A DNA stretch of 61,571 nucleotides, the filler included. It is 15 parts of 15 records of this genome, joined end to end, with 100 filler letters (N's around TTAATTAATTAA, not from the genome) between each part and the next. Parts side by side here need not be neighbours in the genome. Positions count along the whole stretch, not along the records: positions 55,324 to 61,571 come from SRR7504441_17212; 14 more parts are not named here. One strand, written 5' to 3'. Positions 55,850 through 61,571 of the stretch are shown here, piece after piece; the stretch's first letter is position 1; every line of letters begins with the position of its first letter. The position numbers were made by a program, and so were the translations under genes. The notes beneath the pieces were generated by a model. The model searched no databases and was not told the origin of the DNA. It saw only the letters and a program-made list of their open reading frames with translations.

Positions 55850-58800
55850 CTAGCGCGGTGCAACCTGCTGGTTGCTATTGTCTAATGCTTGCGCGTTCAA
55901 GTTCCCTTGGCTTGAGAAAAGGTTGAGGCTGCTCAGCAAGCTTGAATCCAGCCCAGCCAACACTCGAGGATCGATGCCCAGAGCTGCTAAGTTGATGTTT
56001 CCCGCCTGGCCCTGCTGGACCGGGGCGACCACACTCCGCGCTGCCTGGTGCCTTTGGATGTTTTGTGGCGTGCTTGCCGACGGCTCGTGTCGCATCTGTG
56101 AGGCGCTGTAATCGTTATCCGACGGCTTGGTCGGGCGGAAGTGAAGGGTCTTGGCCAAGTTCTGCTCCAGTAGATCCTCTTGCAGCCCACCAGGCTGGGA
56201 TAGATCTGCACACGGCCCCAAACTCATGCGCAGTTCAAGACAGGGCCTCGGACCGTTGAGTGAATTCTGGAGCTGGGAGATGGCAGTGCTGCCAGCATAC
56301 ACGGGATCTTGAACAGCAAACTGTCAGACACACGAGCTGTCAACCGGCAGTAGGCGTTTGGGGGAGCACCTGGTCCACGGGAGGGTAGTGCACTGGCTGC
56401 TGGACTTGCTGCTGCTGCTGCTGCCTGTTGTGGTGGAGCTGGGACATGATGGCCTCGAAATCACGCTGCATCTGTTGCTGAGTGCTGGTTGGATGGTTCT
56501 GCTGCTGCGGCGTGGCAAAGGGCGATCCAAGATGGACAGGCTGCTGCATCTGCTGCATCTGCATCTGCTGCTGCTGCTGCTGCAGCAAGGCGGCAGGAGT
56601 GTACCCTGGCACGGTTGGCTGTTGTTGTAGTAGCTGCTGCTGCTGCTGCTGAAGCATCGCGGAAGCAAACTCCGACCGTGTGATCACACCGTCCTTATTC
56701 CTGTCCATTGCGTTGAAAAGCTGATCTGCTCGGGAGCCTGGCTGCATCTGCGGGGTGTGACTGAGACCGTTGTTCAACTCGCTACCCGCCTGAGCGATGT
56801 TAAGTGGCGCGAGCAGGCTGGTGATGGCAGGCAGCCGGTGCCTCTGGAAGTTCTCAATTTCAGCCGCAACCGCCCGCTGCGACGCCCGGCCAACCTGTAC
56901 ACACAGGTTTGGTGCAGGCCAGGCTTGGATCGGCACCTCCATGATGTCGTTCTCGAGTGCGGACCGCATCTGGCTGACTTGAGCCTCGAAGTTCTCCCTA
57001 AGCTCAGCGACCATTTTCTGGTCAACAGAGCTCAGCTGGATGCAGAGTCGGGCAGGGCACCTCCTGTTTGTCCATAAAGAACTGCTCAATCTCCTTGGTG
57101 TGCATATCCAAGAGCATCTGCGCAGTTGTGACCGGAGCGTTGATCTGCCCTGGAAGAGGCCGGACCTGCCCAGCATGAGTCAGACTCGCATACAGCCTGC
57201 AGGCACCGGCAGCGTGGGAGGGAGTGTGGCCATAGGCATGGCCTCCGGAGGGCTCTGCTTTGGAGACGACCATGCCTGGAGCGGAGGCGAGGAAGGGTCC
57301 AGTGTGATTTCGCCACCGACATCAGCCGGGAAGGATGCGCTGGGCTGGGCATCTAGCGGGCTGGTGGCAGCGTTTGGAGAATGGCTGGCTGCCTTAGGCG
57401 ACTGGCTGGCCCGCTGCCTTGTGGCCCGATGAGGGTCATCATACACGACCACATCCATCGACGACAGCGGAATCACACCACGCTGGTTGCCTTTGGCGTT
57501 ACTGCAGGGCACGCCCCCGGTCAGCCGGTGGGCTGAGCTCTGGTGGACCTGTCCTGATCCAGAGCAGGCGACAGCTGCTGCTCTACTGGTGCCTCTGCGG
57601 CCTTTGGCCTTGGCTTCTCGGGGAGGTAGATCTCGACACCAAAGTCGTTATTGGTCTGCGGAGCTCCTACGGTCTGCATGCCGGCAATCTTCTTTGCAGC
57701 GGCCTGTCGCTCTGCCCGAGTTGGGATCGAAGAGCGTGGCTGCTGTCTCTTGGGCACGCTGGAGGCACGAGGCTTGGGGTTGGCCTGACCCGAGTGAGCT
57801 CGGTCGGATTAGCAAGCCGGCACGCGCACCTTGACCACTTGGGCGTTGTCCGCAGGGCCGCTGGCCGCGAAATCCTTGAGCTTGGCCATATCCTTGATCC
57901 GTCCGCGCTGCTGCCTCTCGTATGGGGCGTGGTTGTTCTCGAATTCCATCACCTAGCCGCACAGTCAGCCAGCGCCAGGCGGGCGCCACACCTCGGGCTC
58001 AGCAGTCACAACGTTGGGCGAGGCCACTACTTCACTGCTCAGTTTGGCAGTCCGGGAGAGGCGAGGCACACTGTTCGTCTGATCGCCCAACACGGAGCTC
58101 GGCTGCTCGGGCGCCGGGCCGCTGTTAGTGCCGGCAAACAGGCCATAGCACGTGTTGGCCAGGTTGCGCACGTGCACAATCCGATCCACCTTGACTGCCT
58201 CGAGTCCCTTCAGCACAGTGGTCTGCACCCGCTGCAGCTTGGCCTTGTCGGCCAGGCTTCCCAGAACTTGGAGAGTCTCGAGCGCCTGCTTGCGCAGGGC
58301 CCAGTCCTCCGCGTCCTTGGTGCCCCCGATGCACAGGCTCACCACCTGGCCCATCTGCTCCTGAGAGATCTCGCCGTCGACAGCTTCGATCAGAGTGCGC
58401 ACCACCGTCAAGCACCCCGCCATCACACTGCCTCCGGACGCCAGGTCGAGTGCCTGCTCCAGAACCTGCTCGGCGGTCTGCTGGACCATCGGCACGTCCG
58501 ACACTCCGGAGAGCACTGCCGCCAGGCAGCTGTAGCCCAGCTCCTGCGCATCCGGCAGGTCCAAGCTGCCCAGCGTACCCAGGATCGGCTCCACAAACAC
58601 TCGCAGCAGCTCCTGCTGCTTCTCCTCGTTCGACAGGCAGAGCCTGTCACGTAGGTTAGCCGCAGGCCGCACGGGTTGAGGGCACCGCGCCAGCACGCCC
58701 ATTACGGAAGCGATCTCCTCACGCACCGCCGGCTCGGGCTCGCGCAGCTGCCTGAGGATCATCGAGACCAGGAACGGCAGCTGTGGCCCGAGGACCCGCT

Positions 58801-59198
58801 GGTGCACCTCCGCCACGTAGCTCAGCAGCCTGCCCACACAGCGGTGAGCGGCCCGCGGGTGGCGAGTGCCCACCTGCAGCGCTCGCCGCGCGAGAAGGTG
58901 CTCGAGGCCTCGTAGCCCGCTAGGATCGTGTTGACCACCACGCTCATCGACTCGGCGTTGAGTGAGTCCACGTACTTGCGAGCATTGCCCACGGCCACCT
59001 CCTGCACGGCCGGCTCGGCAGGGAGCCGCCGGGCGGGCTGCCTCGAGGTCCTTGTCCTCCATATGCTGGAAGAGCAGCTTCATCCGCTGCCGGATGTAGT
59101 GCGCCTCGGACGCGAACTTGGAGTCGCCGCGGAACCCTGCGCAGCACCCACACCGCCTCAGAGTCCGCGTCAAAGCCTGGCCTCTCACGGGTGGCCAT
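55850..59198 (-). CDS. TORTIFOLIA1/SPIRAL2-like HEAT(TOG) microtubule-associated protein with a coiled coil, EF-hand and polyQ tail; multi-intron
   Basis: IRQRMKLLFQHMEDKDL, LLSYVAEVH...ILRQLREPEPAVRE, EDWALRKQALETL...LEAVKVDRIVHVR match the SPR2 HEAT pattern; LFNAMDRNKDGVITRSEF; CAG repeats at 56400-56650. Confidence 0.7.
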
Positions 59199-60055
59199 CT
59201 CGAAAGCGGCTGACGGCGAGGGGGCGGCTGCAGTTCCACTCGGCGGCGAGTTCGGATTGAAAAAGTTCCGTTGTTGACCGAGACGATTGTGTGGGTGAGC
59301 AACAAGATCCGCCGAGGGCTGCAGGGGGTACCGGTACACACTCTATTGTACGTCGGGCCGGCGAGAGCCGTGTCCGCGATGGCGTGGACGCGTCCACGAT
59401 GGCATTGGACCCGTCTATTACTTGTGGACACCAGTGCTTTCTGTGCTTTCTATGAGTCCATAGGTGAATAGGTAACTGGTTGTACTGATGAGCAGCAGGC
59501 CTCGCAAATTTGTCAGGTGATGAGTGTTCCGTTGAGATCCAATCTGATCAGAATGGGGGGCGCGCGGTGTCTCGTGCTGCTGCTGGGCTTGTGTGCACTA
59601 GTGCCGACGATAGCCGAGTTGCGGGCGGTGGACGAGTTCGACAGTGCCAACCTAGCTCGCCGGTTCTGGCCAACTAGGAGCCCTTGGCGCAGGCGCCTTG
59701 AGGTTGTGATGTGCCATAAACTTGCTGCAGCTGTAGTCCTCCGCTTTGTTATCAACAATCGGCCCTGTTGGGCAAGGGCTAGTTTTCGGACAGCTTCTCT
59801 GATGCATGCACATTGGTGCGGATTTGTCGTATTGGGCGGCGGCGGCGGTTGTTCGGTTTGGAGCACCATTGCTCAGCCCGGTCCGCGGTCAGCAGTGTGG
59901 ACTCAGCTAGCAGCTGCTCATCCCCAAACGGCCAGCTTGCGGCTGCATCCCCCCCAGAGCCACGCTTCTCAAGGGCCACGCCTGCCAGCGCCGTGCCATA
60001 ACGCCAAATGCAGATGCCACTGGCAACATTTGGCAGATCTGCCACAACGGCTCTC

Positions 60056-60980
60056 ATGTCCTTGATGAGCGGCGGTGTGCCCGAGCGGCACCGGCGGGAG
60101 GTGTGGCTGACCGACCCGGGCACCGGCCGCTCGGCCCAGCTGTGGGTGCTCGAGGCACCGCCGCTGCGCCTCGCCGCTGCCAGCCCGGTGGGCAGGTCCG
60201 GCTCCCGAGCTACGGCCTGTACACCTGGCCGGCGGCCCCCGTGCTGGCCGAGCACGTCTGGCGTCGGCCGGGCGAGTTCGCCGGGCGGCGGGTGCTCGAG
60301 CTCGGCTCCGGTGCCCGTTTATGGGCCGCCCGCCAGCCCAGTTGCCAGGCACGGGGCTCGCGGGGATGGCGGCGGCGCTGGCAGGCGCGACCGTGACTTT
60401 AAGCGACAAGCCGGAGCCGGCGGTGTGAGCCTGGCCCGGAGCGGTGCGAGCCGCGGCAGATCCTGGAGAACATCCGGGCGAGCTGCCGGCTGAACCGGCT
60501 CGAGTGCGGCGTGATCGGACTAGGATGGGGCCAGATGAGCCCAGCGCTGGCCGAGCTGAGGCGAGACCCGCCGGAGCTGCTGATTGGGTCCGACTGCCTG
60601 TACGAGCCGCGGGGTGTGGCCAGCCCGGTCGATGGGAGCCGAGCGCACCGCAGAGTTTGACGATTTACTGTTTGTGGTCGCGCTGTTGCTCTCGTCTGGT
60701 GCATCCAAGTCCGAGCCGCCATCCGGGCCGGCTCACCCAAGGGCAGGTTTGTCACCTCGTACCAGGACCGCAGGCAGCCGGCCAGTGGGGGGCGGTCTGA
60801 GGGGCGGCCAGCGCCGAGCGGTCGATCTGGCAGCTTGTAGCTAAGTGGGGGCTCGATGCTCGCGAGATGTACGGCGCGCCCTGTCGGCTCGGGTGAGCTG
60901 TTGGTGCTGGCAGAGAGCCGAGTGGACCTGGCCATGAGAGCGTGCACTTACTCGAGTTTACGCTCGCCGACAACACATAG
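60056..60980 (+). CDS. METTL23: Methyltransf_16 methyltransferase, METTL23-like; about 7 small introns
   Basis: Spliced: SYGLYTWPAAPVLAEHVW...RVLELGSG/TGLAG...VTLSD...GLGWG...GSDCLYEP/EFDDLL...FVTSYQDRSAERSIWQLVAKWGL. Confidence 0.8.
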
Positions 60981-61078
60981 ACAATACCGCACAGTTATAA
61001 ATAAAAAAGCATTGCATAACCATGATCACAGCTATAGATCACAGCGCTGCCGTTCGCAGCAGACCGGCGGCTGGGCGC

Positions 61079-61330
61079 TCAGGTGACTCTCAGCCACATC
61101 GTGTCGCCGTCGCTCACGTTGGTCTGGTCCAGCCCGAGCGCGTCGTCGAGCGGCTGAACGCCGCTGCCGAAGGACAGCACCTGCGCCGAAGGCGGGATGT
61201 CGCTCTTTTCCTGGATCATTAGCTTGATCGAGCTGATCGACGCGTGGTTTGGCACCTCCAGCGCCAACCGGCCACCCCCGCGCGGCGGGCCGGTCTCCCC
61301 GGCCATCCGCCTCTCGATGAACAATCGCAT
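61079..61330 (-). CDS. Small ubiquitin-like domain protein without a C-terminal GG
   Basis: MRLFI...LEV...SISSIKLMIQEKSDIPPSAQVLSFG...LDD...L...NVSDGDTMWLRVT. Confidence 0.7.
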   Translation of the reverse strand: MRLFIERRMAGETGPPRGGGRLALEVPNHASISSIKLMIQEKSDIPPSAQVLSFGSGVQPLDDALGLDQTNVSDGDTMWLRVT

Positions 61331-61571
61331 CCACCAGCACCTTACTGTAGGGGATCACGGATGACGATGCCGTTATGACAACGGCAAGACCCTTACTATC
61401 CTGGCTAGACCGCTCTTTGCGCGTAGCCATACGTGCAGCTCTCACGATTGCTCCAGCTAGAACACCTAATGTTAGCACTCAACTACTGGTACTCGCTCGT
61501 AATACTCAGTGGTAGTACCGTATATCGTGAGTTAGCCGGGTGGTTCATGAATACTTTGAGTATCGATGAGT

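Noticed and set aside
59517-60065. ORF with a signal-peptide-like start (MGGARCLVLLLGLCALV)
   Set aside because: No recognisable domain or convincing exon structure; may be a small gene but cannot be supported from sequence alone

Overview
This is not one locus. It is 15 short (about 3-6 kb) contigs joined by 14 artificial 100-nt spacers (N44-TTAATTAATTAA-N44), so adjacency across a spacer has no biological meaning. The DNA comes from a compact, GC-rich eukaryote, most likely a protist MAG/SAG; I cannot assign the lineage. Many genes are split by tiny 33-49 nt spliceosomal introns, a notable share with GC donors, which is why the ORF track is fragmented; other long genes appear intronless. 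Recognisable genes: BRAP2/ETP1 E3 ligase; a fragment of an AT-less modular PKS (KS-DH-KR-ACP-KS); a secreted COMT-PSI-ankyrin-JmjC fusion; ANK-PX; an HTTM-like membrane protein; AIR9/SCAB-like Ig-PH; TRANK1-like helicase; arylsulfatase C-terminus; LRR; MFS; EF-hand; LCAT/PDAT N-terminus; NFACT-R; NHL repeat; MsrA; adenosine kinase; two Methyltransf_16 enzymes; FOXRED2; CDKAL1; FKBP; SfsA with a putative NLS; PPIL3; a four-domain Cav-type channel with an EDEE filter; a giant coiled coil; TORTIFOLIA1-like; and a ubiquitin-like protein. Non-coding highlights: a recurrent intergenic TACGAGTA motif near gene 3' ends, divergent gene pairs only 42-92 nt apart, and a 212-nt fold-back hairpin. All calls come from manual translation and motif recognition; no database searches were run.
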